Shown here one piece after another: positions 46,321 to 58,543 of a DNA stretch of 64,000 nucleotides. Source of the DNA: Malacoraja senta (taxonomy: Eukaryota); the NCBI GenBank assembly GCA_038087875.1, contig JAXLNO010004250.1, positions 248,001 to 312,000 of the forward strand, written 5' to 3'. The notes below the pieces were generated by a model. It was not told the DNA's origin. It worked only from the letters and a program-made list of their open reading frames with translations, and searched no databases. The translations under genes were made by a program, and so were the position numbers. Within the stretch, counting starts at the first letter, position 1, and every line of letters begins with the position of its first letter.

Positions 46321-47890
46321 CCAAGCTTGGTACCCTTGTATACTGTGCAATAATAACCCAATCTCATGTTATCATTTTAGTATATAACTGATCTGAATCG
46401 CATGTTATCATTGTAATTTGTACATATTACCAACTTGTAAATGGTCCACTACCCCATGTTTCAGAAGAACCAAACCCACCTACCTCCATGGTTACCAGTG
46501 GTCTATGGTAAGCCCAGCGGCCCCTGATTCCCCTCCTTGGTTGGAGAGTATGAATGGTAGTGTATGTGGATTCCATATTCCATGAGACCGGCTTGGACCT
46601 TGGCCTCTGCCCAGCTTTCAGGCTGCGACCAGTTTCAGTGAACTGCTTACTGCCGATGAGGTGTGGGATGTGTCGTCGCCGAACGATGAAGCTTTGTTCG
46701 TCGTTGGTACCTTGATTAGTCCGACAGCTTTTGCTTCCTCATCCAGGTATACCTGTTGGATAAGTCTTACCTGAAGAGAAGATTCGGCGGCTGGTTTCAT
46801 ATCCTCCAATGTCACCCCTGATAGCGCTGTTCACTGCCGGCACTTGTAGCATGAGGGCAAACTCTGGCCCCTTCCGGGTATTCTGCCAACGGCTGGAATC
46901 AATTTATCCGGCAGTAACCCCTTCAATTGCGAGTATTTCATCGCATTCCCCTCCACAGAGAGGGAGATTCATAGGCAGCCCTGAAAACAGGTGCTGCCGC
47001 AGGCCCCTGAGGATACCTGCGCTGATATGGCCCCTCCAACGGACCTATGTCATGATTGAGCATCACATTCGTAGGCAGCCCTGAAAACTGGTGCTGCCGC
47101 AGGCCCCCAACGATACCTGCGCTGACATGGCCCCTCCTACGGACCTATATCAGGATTTTTGCTCCGAGTCAGACAGGAACTGACCCCAAATGCTCCCCTC
47201 CTCAGGGATGGAGACATTGTACAGCCTTGTAACAGGTGCCGTTGCCATGGGCCCCCGAGGAGACCCGCGGTGATAACTCCCTCCTTTGGAGTATATCATT
47301 GTGGAGCAACTCTCAATCAGGTGCTCCATGTGGGTTTGAACGTTCAAAGACGTTACCATGAAGGAGGGGATCCTCTCCATCAGGAATCCTCCTGGTCCGA
47401 CACGTTTGAGTCAACTGGCCGTACAGACTTTCTTCGTGGCTACCCTCCAAGCGGGGTTGCCTAGGTTCTACCGGCACCAGTCTGAAGCCGCTGGCTCCAC
47501 CGCCAGCGACTCGAAAGGCGAATTTGACCGCCGCCCGTTACCCGCACTTCCGAGGTCTCAGTAGCGAGTTCCCCGCGGTCCGTTTCCGGGATTCCCCGAG
47601 GTCATGACCGGGATTCCTTGTGGTCCGTGACTGGGCTTCCCCGCAGTCCATAAAGGTTCCCCTGCGGCCCGTCCAGACTTCGCCCCGAAATTCTGCAGGA
47701 AAACTGTAGAGAATCCTGCAAAAGAAAACATAACCTGTGAATAAGTTTCAAACTTACCTTGAGGTTTAAACTTACCGCTGGCAGGAGCAGCGCGCCTGCC
47801 AGTCCGACTTTGCGCAATGCTATAGGCGTAATGACGGGCATGCGCCTGGACGGCCTTCCTCACGTAGTCACGCACGTGACTCCGAAGGAA

Positions 47891-48298
47891 GTTAAATTTA
47901 GAAGATTGAGGGGGGATCTTATAGAAACTTACAACATTCTCAAGGGGTTGGACAGGTTAGATGCAAGAAGATTGTTCCCGATGTTGGGGAAGTCCAGAAC
48001 AAGGGGTCACCGTTTAAGGATAAGGGGGAAGCCTTTTAGGACCGAGAAGAGAATTGTTTTTTTCACACACAGTGGTGAATCTGTGGAATTCTCTGCCACA
48101 GAAGGTAGTTGAGGCCAGTTCATTGGCTATATTTAAGAGGGTTAGATGTGGCCCTTGTGGCTAAAGGGATCAGGGGGTATGGAGAGAAGCCAGGTACAAG
48201 ATACTGAGTTGGACGATCAGCCATGATCATCTTAAATGGTGGTGCAGGCTCGAAGGGCCGAATGGCCTACTCCTGCACCTTTTTTCTATGTTTCTATG
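47891..48298 (+). mobile_element. CR1 3' end
   Basis: FRRLRGDLIETYNILKGLDRLDARRLFPMLGKSRTRGH; (CTATGTTT)n tail. Confidence 0.9.
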
Positions 48299-49156
48299 TA
48301 TGTATATGCGCGTATATATATATGTGTGAGAGTGTTTGTATGTGTATATGTATGCGTGAATATGTGTGTGTATATATCCACACATGTACACATATACCTA
48401 TACATATATATATATGTATATTTATATCCACATATTAGAAACAGTTAGTTGGGACTTGGTTGTGAGGGGGACAGGATTCGCAGCTCAATGTTCCAGGGGT
48501 CCGCTGTTTCAGATGTGATGGAGAGGGAGGTGACAGAGATGGAGGAACGACTCCACTGCTCACGCCTGCACCCAGAGAGGACACACGGGAGGGTTTGTTT
48601 GCTGGGGCGGTGCGGGTCGAGGCTGCCCTTGGCGTGGGTGCGTTCACACCAGCGGCCTCACTCCCAGTGAGGCGAGCGCTGCTCTGTGGCGCTGTGGAAT
48701 GTGTAGAGACTTCACCACGGGTCCCAGCACCGACCACTGCGCCTGCCTGTTCCTGTCTTTCCCTGAAGTGCTGCCTCCACATCTGCAAAGTCGTTTTATT
48801 CTCACACTTCCCTCAGCCTCCAGGAATGTTTGATCTCTCCACGGTCAACAACCACTAACCGCTTGTGCTGGTGCAAGTTCACAAGTTACAGGAGCAGAAT
48901 TAGGCCATTCGGCCCACCGAGTCTACTCCACCATTCATAGCTAATCTATCTATCTCTCCATCCCAACCCCTTTCTCCCGCCTTCTCCCTATAACTTCTGA
49001 CATCGACACTAATCAAAAATCTGTCAATCTCTCTATTAAAAATACGACAGGCTTTGAAAATTAAAACGATGTACATTTTCCCGCTGGGATGAATCGTGGA
49101 ACTGTGGCGTCTAATGTCAATTCGTGCAGTTAATTGGCCGTCTGAAGAAGGGACCC

Positions 49157-49794
49157 AATAGGCAATAGACAATAGGTGCAGGGGTTGTCCATTCGGCCCT
49201 TGAAGCCAGCACCGCCATTCAATGTGATCATGGCTGATCATCCCGAATCAGTACCCCGTTCCTTCCTTCTCCCCATATCCACTGACTCCGCTATCTACAA
49301 GAGCACTGTCTAGCGCTCTCTTGAAAGTTTCCAGAGAACCTGCCTCCACCGCCCTCTGAGGCAGATAATTCCACAGACTCACAACTCTGTGAGAAAAAGT
49401 GTTTCCTCCTCTCCGTTCTAAATGGCTTGCCCCTTATTCTTAAACTGTGGCCCCTGGTTCTGGACTCCCCCAACATCGTAAACATATTTCCTGCCTCTAG
49501 CGTGTCCAAACCCTTAATAATCTTATATGTTTCATTAAGATCCTGGATGAAAATACCTTTCCACCCAGAGAGTTGTGAATCTGTGGAATTCTTTGCCTTA
49601 GAAGGCTGTGGAGGCCAAATTCTCTGGAGGCTTTCAAGAAATAGAGCTCTTAAAGATAGCAGAGTAAAGGGATATGGGGAGAAGGCAGGAACGGGGTACT
49701 GATTGGGGATAATCAGCCATGATTACATTAAATGGCGGTGATGGCTCGAAGGGCCGAATGGTCTACTCCTGCACCTATTGTCTGTTGTCTATTG
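49157..49794. mobile_element. Two CR1 3' ends joined head-to-head (minus 49157-49545, plus about 49560-49794)
   Basis: Both outer ends carry the (CTATTGT)n tail; flanked by the two halves of a Penelope-SINE end. Confidence 0.75.
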
Positions 49795-50599
49795 TGTCTA
49801 TCTTCGGTGTAAACCAGCATCTGCAGTTCCTTCCTGCACAGAGGAAGACACACAGATTGCCAAGAACCCTTCACCCTACCTACAGAGCACGGGCGATATG
49901 AAGACGTGAGCTGATCTAAGCTGGAAGCTGACCCGCAGTTGGACGCGGGCCTGTTCTCTGAGCAAGTTACTCACCGCTGAAGCTCCTGGCACTAACAGGA
50001 GTAGGTTGGACATTCCAGGGATGAAATGAAGAGGCCCGAGGAACTTGGGCTCTGCACGAATGAGGCAGCACAATAGCCGGTCGGGAAAGGGAGAGAAAAA
50101 AACAACTGATTTTGAAAGTCTCGGGTTCCCAGTTCTGGGACCCAGTCCCGATGGCAACAGTGGCAGGGGGGGGGGGCAGCTCCGGTATTTTGAACCAAGC
50201 GGACTACACATGATTTAGACCCAGCGAGTCATCCAGTGCATAAAAACGCATCTCTGGGTTGGCGGAGCTTGGAACTGAGCCACTGGCCATGACTTCATTA
50301 AAATTTATCCTCTACAAAGTCTTCTTGGAGATCTCCAACTGATATTCATCATGCTCTCTCTCTNNNNNNNNNNNNNNNNNNNNNNNNNNNNNNNNNNNNN
50401 NNNNNNNNNNNNNNNNNNNNNNNNNNNNNNNNNNNNNNNNNNNNNNNNNNNNNNNNNNNNNNNNNNNNNNNNNNNNNNNNNNNNNNNNNNNNNNNNNNNN
50501 NNNNNNNNNNNNNNNNNNNNNNNNNNNNNNNNNNNNNNNNNNNNNNTCTCTCCCTCTCCCTCTCCCTCGCTCCATCCCTCTCTCTTTCTCTCTGTCTCA

Positions 50600-50790
50600 A
50601 TAGACAATAGGTGCAGGAGTAGGCCATTCGACCCTTCGAGCCAGCACTCCCATTCACTGTGATCACGGCTGGTCATCCACGTTCCTGCCTTCTCCCCATA
50701 TCCCCTGACTCGGCTATCTTTAAGAGCTATACTCTCTCTTGAAAGCATCCAGAGAATTGGCCTCCACTGCATTCTGAGGCAGAGAATTCC
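50600..50790 (-). mobile_element. CR1 3' end fragment
   Basis: aatagacaataggtgcaggagtaggccattcgaccc...ctgaggcagagaattccac. Confidence 0.85.
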
Positions 50791-51181
50791 ACATACAACT
50801 CTCTAGGTGCAAACATCTCTCTCTCTCTCTCTTTCGCTCTCTCTCGCTCTCTCTCCCTCTCCCTCTCTCTCTTTCTCCCTGAAAGAAAGCTATAGTTTGA
50901 GATGGTTCCTTGCACAGGAATTTCCAGGAACATGGTTATTTTGGTGACAGCAACTCAGCCCTGTGTTTACTGAAGACTCCATCCATCCAGACTTTGCTCA
51001 GTAACCTTGTGGCAGCGACTAGTAAACCAGGCCGCCATTGAGCCCTGTCTGATTCTGGATCTGCATCTTCTGTCTAGTCTCCACGTCCATAGCTTGTTCC
51101 GGGGCACCACTCACCAGCCACTCATCACCAAATCTGCAAGTGGACACAAGGAACTGCAGGCGTGGTTTACAAAAAAAACAC

Positions 51182-51368
51182 AGAGTGCTGGAGTAACTCA
51201 GTGGGTCAGGCAGCATCTGTGGAGAACATGGATAGGTGACGTTTCACAGAGTGCTGGAGTAACTCAGCGGGTCAGGCAGCATCTGTGGAGAACATGGATA
51301 GGTGACGTTTCACAGAGTGCTGGATTAACTCAGCGGGTCAGGCAGCATCTGTGGAGAACATGGATAGG
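51182..51368 (-). repeat. 66-bp tandem triplication of the Penelope-SINE end segment
   Basis: Same unit as 40204-40558. Confidence 0.85.
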
Positions 51369-51529
51369 TCGATAGATGGATTCATGCATCGTCAAGTCCC
51401 ACAATCGAGTGCAGAGGCACGCACGGTTTCCATCAGTCCTGTCTGGGCTACCTGACGTGCAGGTACAGTCCCTCATTCACCCACATGCTATTTAGCAATT
51501 GTCTGTGTGAATGAAAACCTCCTTATGAG

Positions 51530-52388
51530 TTCTCTTGAAGATAGCGGAGTCAGGAGATATGGGGAGAAGGCAGGAACGGGGTACTGATTGGCGATGATCA
51601 GCCATGATCACATTGAATGGAGGCACTGGCTCGAAGGGCCGAATGGCCTACTCCTGCACCTATTGTCTATTGAACAAGCAGTTTGATTTTTGTTATTTTT
51701 TCTGATTGTCAATTAACCTGAGAAAAAGTTAATTTTTGCTTAAACCAGTGATCAGAAAAATATATTATGTTTGCCTTTAAGTTTATGAAAGAGAAAGAAA
51801 GAGATAGACAATAGACAATAGGTGCAGGAGTAGGCCATTTGGCCCTTTGAGCCAGCACCACCATTCAATGTGATCATGGCTGATCATCCCCAATCAGTAA
51901 CCCGTTCTTGCCTTCTCCCCATATCCCCTGACTCCGCTATTTTTAAGCGCCCTATCTGCTCTCTCTTGAAAGCATCCAGAGAACCTACCTCCACCGCCCT
52001 CTGAGGCAGAGAATTCCACAGACTCACAACTCTCTGTGAGAAAAAGTGTTTCCTCGTCTCCGTTCTAAATGGCTTACCCCTTATTCTTAAACTGTGGCCT
52101 CTGGTTTTGCACTCCCCCAACATCGGGAACATGTTTTCTGCCTCTAGCGTGTCCAAGCCCTTAACAATCTGATATCTTTCAATAAGATATCCTCTCATCC
52201 TTCTAAACTCCAGAGTGTACAAGCCCAGCTGCTCCATTCTATCAGCATATGACAGTCCCGCCATCCCTGGAATTAACCTTGTAAACCTACGCTGCACTCC
52301 CTCAATAGCAAGAATGTCCTTCCTCAAATTAGGGGACCAGAACTGCACACAATACTCCAGGTGTGGTCTCACTAGGGCTCTGTACAAC
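51530..52388. mobile_element. CR1 3' fragments (plus 51530-51672; minus 51806-52388)
   Basis: ORF 51884-52651 contains LYRALVRPHLEYCVQFWSPNLRKDILAIEGVQRRFTRLIPG. Confidence 0.88.
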
Positions 52389-53149
52389 TGAGTGTACAGT
52401 GTACAATCTCTGAACAAGATGAATAAAGATGAATAATAATTTTTTAGGTAGGGGTTCCCTGAGACGTGAAAATAATTTTGAGGGTTCCTCAAAGGTGAAG
52501 AGGTTGATAAACACTGGTCTGGATCCTTGGCCACAGTGTGGAGTGTCTGAGCAAGGCCCAGTGCTGTTACTCTGGGCCTCTGGGCCTGTACACACAGGTA
52601 CGCTGGAGGCCCTTTGATACAAGCATGGTGCAAGGTACGGCCATAATGCAATCCTTGTTAGATGAAACCAGAGCCTGGCCCAATCTCCTTTTCATTAACA
52701 TACCGTGTTTACATTATTTTATTTAAAGGTGGCATGAAAGCAAACATCACAGAGGCCAAGAATGCAGGATATGGCCTTTTAAGCTGGGATAGAGGCCTGA
52801 TTATTTACAGCCGGGAGTTTAGCTGCTCCAACAGTGGCCCTTTCTGGCTCTCCCCGCCTGTAAGAAAGACCCAAGTTGTAGTCCAGATGCCGAGGTAATA
52901 ATATATCGTATTTTTCTTTCCCCGTGATGTCTGCCCCTCTTTCTTTCCCCATCTCCCTTGTCGGCCCTGGCCTTGCTGTGCTTGGTCCACCTCCAGCTCT
53001 GCCCAATAATAGCCCTCTCAGCATCCTGACAAGGGTTGGCTTTGTGGGTATTAGGGGTGGGCCTGACCTGCGAGACCCCCGCCTCAAGTCCCTGTGGTGA
53101 GGGGCGATCCCGCGCTGTACATCGCTGCTGTGTGTGAGTGTGTGTGGAG

Positions 53150-54620
53150 TGGCGGGCGTGGGCAATAGGCTGAGGTGTAGCCCCGCCAGGCACACTGCCT
53201 ACACACTCCCTCACCTCCTGCTCCCCCTCCCTCCCCCCCCCAAACTCCCATCCACCCTCTCTACGGGCGAGGGCAATAGGCTGAGGTGTAGTCCCGACAG
53301 GCACACTGCCTCCACACTCCCTCCCATCCTCCCCCTCCCACCCCCTCCATCCCCCCACCCTCCCATCCACCCTCTCTACGGGCGAGGGCAATAGCCTGAG
53401 GTACAGCCCCGCCAGGCACACTGCCTCCACACTCCCTCCCATCCTGCTCCCCCTCCCTCCCCCCCACCCTCCCATCCACCCTCTCCACGGGCGTGGGCAA
53501 TAGCCTGAGGTACAGCCCCGCCAGTCACACTGCCTCCACACTCCCTCCCATCCTGCTCCCCCTCCCTCCCCCCCCCACCCTCCCATCCACCCTCTCCACG
53601 GGCGTGGGCAATAGCCTGAGGTACAGCCCCGCCAGTCACACTGCCTCCACACTCCCTCCCCTCCTGCTCCCCCACCCTCCCATCCACCCTCTCTACGGGT
53701 GTGGGCAATAGCCTGAGGTACAGCCCCGCCAGGCACACTGCCTCCACACTCCCTCCCCTCCTGCTCCCCCTCCTCCCCCCCCACCCTCCCTCTCCACGGG
53801 CGTGAGCAATAGCCTGAGGTACAGCCCCGCCAGTCACACTGCCTCCACACTCCCTCCCCTCCTGCTCCCCCTCCCTCCCCCTCCTCCTCCCACCAGCCCA
53901 CCTTCTCTCCACCCTCTCTCCACCTCCTTCTCCCACCTCCCCCTCCCCTCTCTACGTGCTTGGGCAATCCCCTGAGATGCAGCCCCTCCAGCCTTCCTCC
54001 CTCCCCACCCCCTCCATCCACTCCCAACCTCCCCCTCCTTCTCCCTCCCATCCACCCACTCTACGGGTGTGGGCAATAGCCTGTGGTACAGTTCCGCCAG
54101 GCACCCTCCCTTCCTCCCCCCTCCTGCTCCCACCTCCACCCCCCCTCCCTCGAAGGGCCGAATGGCCTACTCCTGCACCTAATTTCTATCTTTCTACGGA
54201 CTCGGGCAATTCCCTGAGGTACTACCCCTCCAATGGCCCTCCCCCCACCTTCCCCCTTTGTCCCACATCCCCCAACCTCCACCTACCCCCTCCTGCTCCC
54301 CCTCCCTCCACCCACCCTCTCTATGGGCTTGGGCAATAGCCGGAGGTACAGCCCCTCCCCCCTCCCTCCCCCTCCTCCAACCTCCCTCCACCCCACCTGC
54401 TCCCACCTCCACCCCCACCCACCTTTCACTACAGCCTTGGGCAACCCTCTGAGGACCTGCTCCTCCAATGGGCCTCCCTTCCCCCTCCCCCAACCGCCCC
54501 CTCCCTCCCCTTCCTGCTCCCGCTCCTGCCTCCCCCCCCCTCTGCAGTCCTGGGCAATACCCTGATTTCCAGCCCCTACAATAGCCCTCCCTCCCCTCTC
54601 CCCCCAACCTAACTCTCCCC
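53150..54620. repeat. C-rich/G-rich VNTR, about 100-115-bp units, about 13 copies
   Basis: Conserved core GGGCAATAGCCTGAGGTACAGCCCCGCCAG(G/T)CACACTGCCTCCACACTCCC separated by C-run spacers. Confidence 0.9.
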
Positions 54621-54759
54621 CTCCCTGTGGAGAGGCTGTTGCCACTAGTGGGAGAGTCTAGGACCAGAGGGCAGATGTTTCCATCCTGGGTGAAAGGTTC
54701 TGACTGTCTATCCTATCTATGCCTCTCATCATTTTATCCACTTCTATCTGGTCTCACCA

Positions 54760-55001
54760 CAACCTCTGACGTTGCAGAGAAAATACATCCAAGTCTGAGC
54801 AACAGCTTTATTCCAAGAGCTATAGCGGCTCAGAACCGGCCCTGCTGAGTGCCCCCCCCCCCCCCCACCCACCCACCCTGGACAGTCTCCCTCGGATGGT
54901 CACGTCACTCAGCTTGCTTATTTAGTTATCTTACTTTTCTTGTACATCGGTGGAGCTGCATACTAAATCTCGTTGCACTGACGTGCAATGACAATAAAAG
55001 A

Positions 55002-55064
<63 letters not shown>
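54760..55064 (+). mobile_element. Rex-like LINE 3' end with (TAT)n tail
   Basis: SLSNSFIPRAI motif, then GACAATAAAAG and about 20 TAT units at 55002-55064. Confidence 0.6.
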
Positions 55065-55065
<1 letters not shown>

Positions 55066-55449
55066 ACGTTGAGTGCCAGAAGGAACTGCAGATGCCGCTT
55101 CTCCGGAGATGCTGTCTGACCCCACTGAGTTACTCCAGCTTTTTGTGTCTAACTTCAACTCAATGTTAAGGTGTAGGAAGGAACTGCAGATGCTGGTTCA
55201 AACCGACGATAGACACAAAACCTGGAGTAACTCAGACAGCATCTCTTGGGGAAAAGGAACATGTGACATTTACGGTCAAGATCCTTCTTCAGACTGCTCT
55301 GGAGTCTGAAGTCTGAAGTCTCCAGTCTGAAGAAGGGTCTCAACCTGAAACGCCACCTACTCCTTTTCTCCAGAGATGCTGTCTGACCCGCTGTTACTGC
55401 AACTTTTTGTGTCTATCTTCAAGTTAATATTAATCTGTGGGTTAAAACG

Positions 55450-56095
55450 CCCCATGAAAAATAGACAAAGAAGAACTTTTTTTATCAGAGGGTGGTGAAT
55501 CTGTGCAACTCATTGCCACAGAGGGCTGTGGAGGCCAAGTCAGTGATATTTTTAAGGCAGAGACAGACAAATTCTTAATTAGAACGGGTGTCAAGGCAGG
55601 AAAATAGGATTATGAGGCAGAGATCAGCCATGATTGAATGGTAGAGTGGACTCAATGGGCCGAATGGCCTAATTCTACTCCTATAACTTGTGAACGTGTC
55701 GACAGGTACATGGACAGTTAGTAGACAATAGACAATAGGTGCAGGAGTAGGCCATTCGGCCCTTCGAGCCAGCACCGCAATTTAATGTGATCATGGATGA
55801 TCATCCACAATCAGTACCCCGTTCCTGCCTTCTCCCCATATCCCCTGACTCCTCTATCTTCAAGAGCTCTATCTAATTCTCTCATGAAACTATCCAGAGA
55901 ACCGGCCTCCACCGCCCTCTGGGGCAGAGAATTCCACAGACTCACCACTCTCTGTGTGAAAAAGTGTTTCCCTCGTCTCGGTTCTAATTGGCCGACCCCT
56001 TATTCTTAAACTGTGGCCCTTGGTTTGGGACTCCCCCAACATCGGGAACATGTTTCCTGCCTCTGGCGTGTCCAAACCCTTAATAATCTTATATG
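55450..56095. mobile_element. CR1 3' fragments, tail-to-tail (plus 55450-55720; minus 55722-56095)
   Basis: CR1 3' UTR motifs in both orientations. Confidence 0.8.
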
Positions 56096-57130
56096 TTACA
56101 TGTGAGGTTGAGAGGGATGTGGGCCAAACACGGGCAGGTGGACCCATGTAGATGGGGCATGTTGGTCGGCATGGGCAAGTTTGTATTTGACTCTATGGAG
56201 GAGTTCCATAGAGTCAAATACTAGGAGTTGACAGGAGTTCCCCAGATTGCGATGTGGCCAATATGTGTCACCTCAAGTGGACCTGAGGGTTCTGTCACTG
56301 CTATTGCAACACTTCCCTAGACTGGGTCCATTCCCTTTGCTTAGGCTTTACCTGGCTGACCTGGAGTTATGCACCTGCCCCACCTGTTCAGGTGTCACGC
56401 TACCTGTCGCAGCAAGACAGGGCGAGCAGGAGTCTCGGCGCAGGTGGGGCGGGAGGAGCAGATGACCCTCAACTAGCACGCTGACTCCAAATCCGCTTGT
56501 TTCAGATAAAAACTCCCTTGTTCCCCAGCTGAGCACCAGCAGACATTTGGCAAGGGGAGCGGGCCACAAGCTGTAGTTTACTCGAATACCGCTCCGAATG
56601 TAAACATCTGCTTAAGAAAATAATCATGGTTGCGCTTGGTTCCAGCCTGGGCCCTGTCTCACACACATCTCTGTTCACGACACTCTACTTCTCCCTCTTC
56701 ACTCTCTCTCTCTCTCTTCTCTCTTCCTTCTCTCTCACTCGTTCTCTATCTTTCCTTCCCCCACACTCCCGCTCTCCCTCTCTCCCCCACACTCCCTCTC
56801 TCCCTCTNNNNNNNNNNNNNNNNNNNNNNNNNNNNNNNNNNNNNNNNNNNNNNNNNNNNNNNNNNNNNNNNNNNNNNNNNNNNNNNNNNNNNNNNNNNNN
56901 NNNNNNNNNNNNNNNNNNNNNNNNNNNNNNNNNNNNNNNCACCTCTCCCCACTCCCTTTCAGTTCTCTCTCTACCTCTCTCCCTCTCATTCTCCTTGTCT
57001 CTCTCCCCCCCTTTCCCCTCTCTCCTTCCCTCTCCGTCTCTCCCCCTTCCCCCTCCCTCTCCCCCTCTCTCGCTCCTTTTCCGCCTCCACTCTCTCTCTC
57101 CCCCCCTCTCTTTCTCCTTCCTGCTCTCTT

Positions 57131-57970
57131 TAAGAGGCGATCTTATTGAAACATATAAGACTCTTCAGGGTTTGGACACGCTAGAGGCAGGAAACATGTT
57201 CCCGATGTTGAGGGAGTCCAGAACCAGGAGCCACAGTTTAAGAATAAGGGGTAAGCCATTTAGAACGGGGATGAGGAAACACTTTTTCACCCAGAGAGTT
57301 GTGAATCTATGCCTTGGAAGGCAGTGGAGGCCGGTTCTCTGGATGCTTTCAAGAGACAGTTAGATAGAGCTCTTAAAGATCTCACAGTCAGGGGATATGG
57401 GGAGAAGGCAGGAACGGGGTACTGATTGTGGATGATCAGCCATGATCACAATGAATAGCGGTGCTGGCTCGAAGGGCCGAATGGTGATGAGGGGTGATCT
57501 TATATACATGAGAAGAATAGATCGAGTTGATGCACAGTCTCTTGCCCAGAGTAGGGGAATCGAGGAACAGAAGACATAGGTTCAAGGTGAAGGGGAAAAG
57601 ATTTAATAGGAATCCGAGGGGTAACGTTTGAACACAAAGGGTGGTGGGTGTATGGAACAAGCTGCCTGAGGAGGTAGTTGAGGCTGGGACTATCCCATCG
57701 TTTAAGAAACAGTTGGACAGGTACATGGATAGGACAGGTTTGGAGGGATATGGACCAAGCGCAGACAGGTGGGACTAGTGTAGCTGGGACATTGTTGGCT
57801 GGTGTGGACGTTGGGCCGAAGGGCCTGTTTCCACACTGTATCACTCTATGACTAGTGTAGATGGGACATTGTTGGCTGGTGTGGGCAAGTTGGGCTGAAG
57901 GGCCTGTTTCCACACTGTATCACTCTGTGACTCTATGACTCCTACACCTATTTTCTATGTTTCTATGTCT
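57131..57970 (+). mobile_element. Two consecutive CR1 3' ends (two subfamilies)
   Basis: LRGDLIETYKTLQGLDTLEAGNMFPML; then RVDAQSLLPRVGESR-type sequence and a (CTATGACT)n tail. Confidence 0.85.
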
Positions 57971-58379
57971 CTACTCTCGCCCTCTGCCAGTTCCGCTGAG
58001 AGGACTCGACTTAAAATATTTACTCCTTGAAGCTCGTAAATCTGAGCGAATGGTCTCCACCCGACAATGTGGCCTTGTGCGGTGAGAAGGCGGAGGAGTG
58101 GGTGGGCTGAGAGGTGTGGGAGGTGGACNNNNNNNNNNNNNNNNNNNNNNNNNNNNNNNNNNNNNNNNNNNNNNNNNNNNNNNNNNNNNNNNNNNNNNNN
58201 NNNNNNNNNNNNNNNNNNNNNNNNNNNNNNNNNNNNNNNNNNNNNNNNNNNNNNNNNNNNNNNNNNNNNNNNNNNNNNNNNNNNNNNNNNNNNNNNNNNN
58301 NNNNNNNNNNNNNNNNNNNNNNNNNNNNAAGGCGGAGGAGTGGGTGGGCTGAGAGGTGTGGGAGGTGGACAGAGTTCAC

Positions 58380-58510
58380 CAGTTCAGTCCAAACACCTTC
58401 CAAAGTTGCAGGGGAGAGTCAGAGTGACAGAGGCCCAGCGCAAATTGGAGGAACAGCACCTCATATTTTGCTTAAGGCAGCTTGCACCACAGCAGTATGA
58501 ACACTGACTT
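58380..58510 (+). mobile_element. Penelope GIY-YIG C-terminal fragment
   Basis: QRKLEEQHLIFCLRQLAP matches the 14.9-kb Penelope (ELEKQHLIFRLGSLHP). Confidence 0.55.
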
Positions 58511-58543
58511 AGTGTCCGAGAGTTATAGTCATAGATTAATACA

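Larger units (their letters stand above)
42335..47887 (-). mobile_element. DIRS1-type tyrosine-recombinase retrotransposon, full-length but degenerate
   Basis: Left ITR 47832-47887; right ITR and extension 42335-42437; ICR 42561-42660 complementary to both ends. Frameshifted RT (FMACIDFK...PIHRD...NGLTSAPR), methyltransferase (IDMFASRL...LISRVLQ) and YR (LALFSAQRVQSL; STRAA...LDHIL.TAGWS) motifs. Confidence 0.9.

Noticed and set aside
48435-48858. GC-rich unique segment with 117-aa and 87-aa ORFs (similar cases at 34274-34543, 41388-41765, 56247-56569)
   Set aside because: No recognisable domain and no convincing splice-site pair.
52819-54645. 410-aa and other Gly/Glu/Arg-rich ORFs
   Set aside because: They are by-products of the G-rich VNTR.
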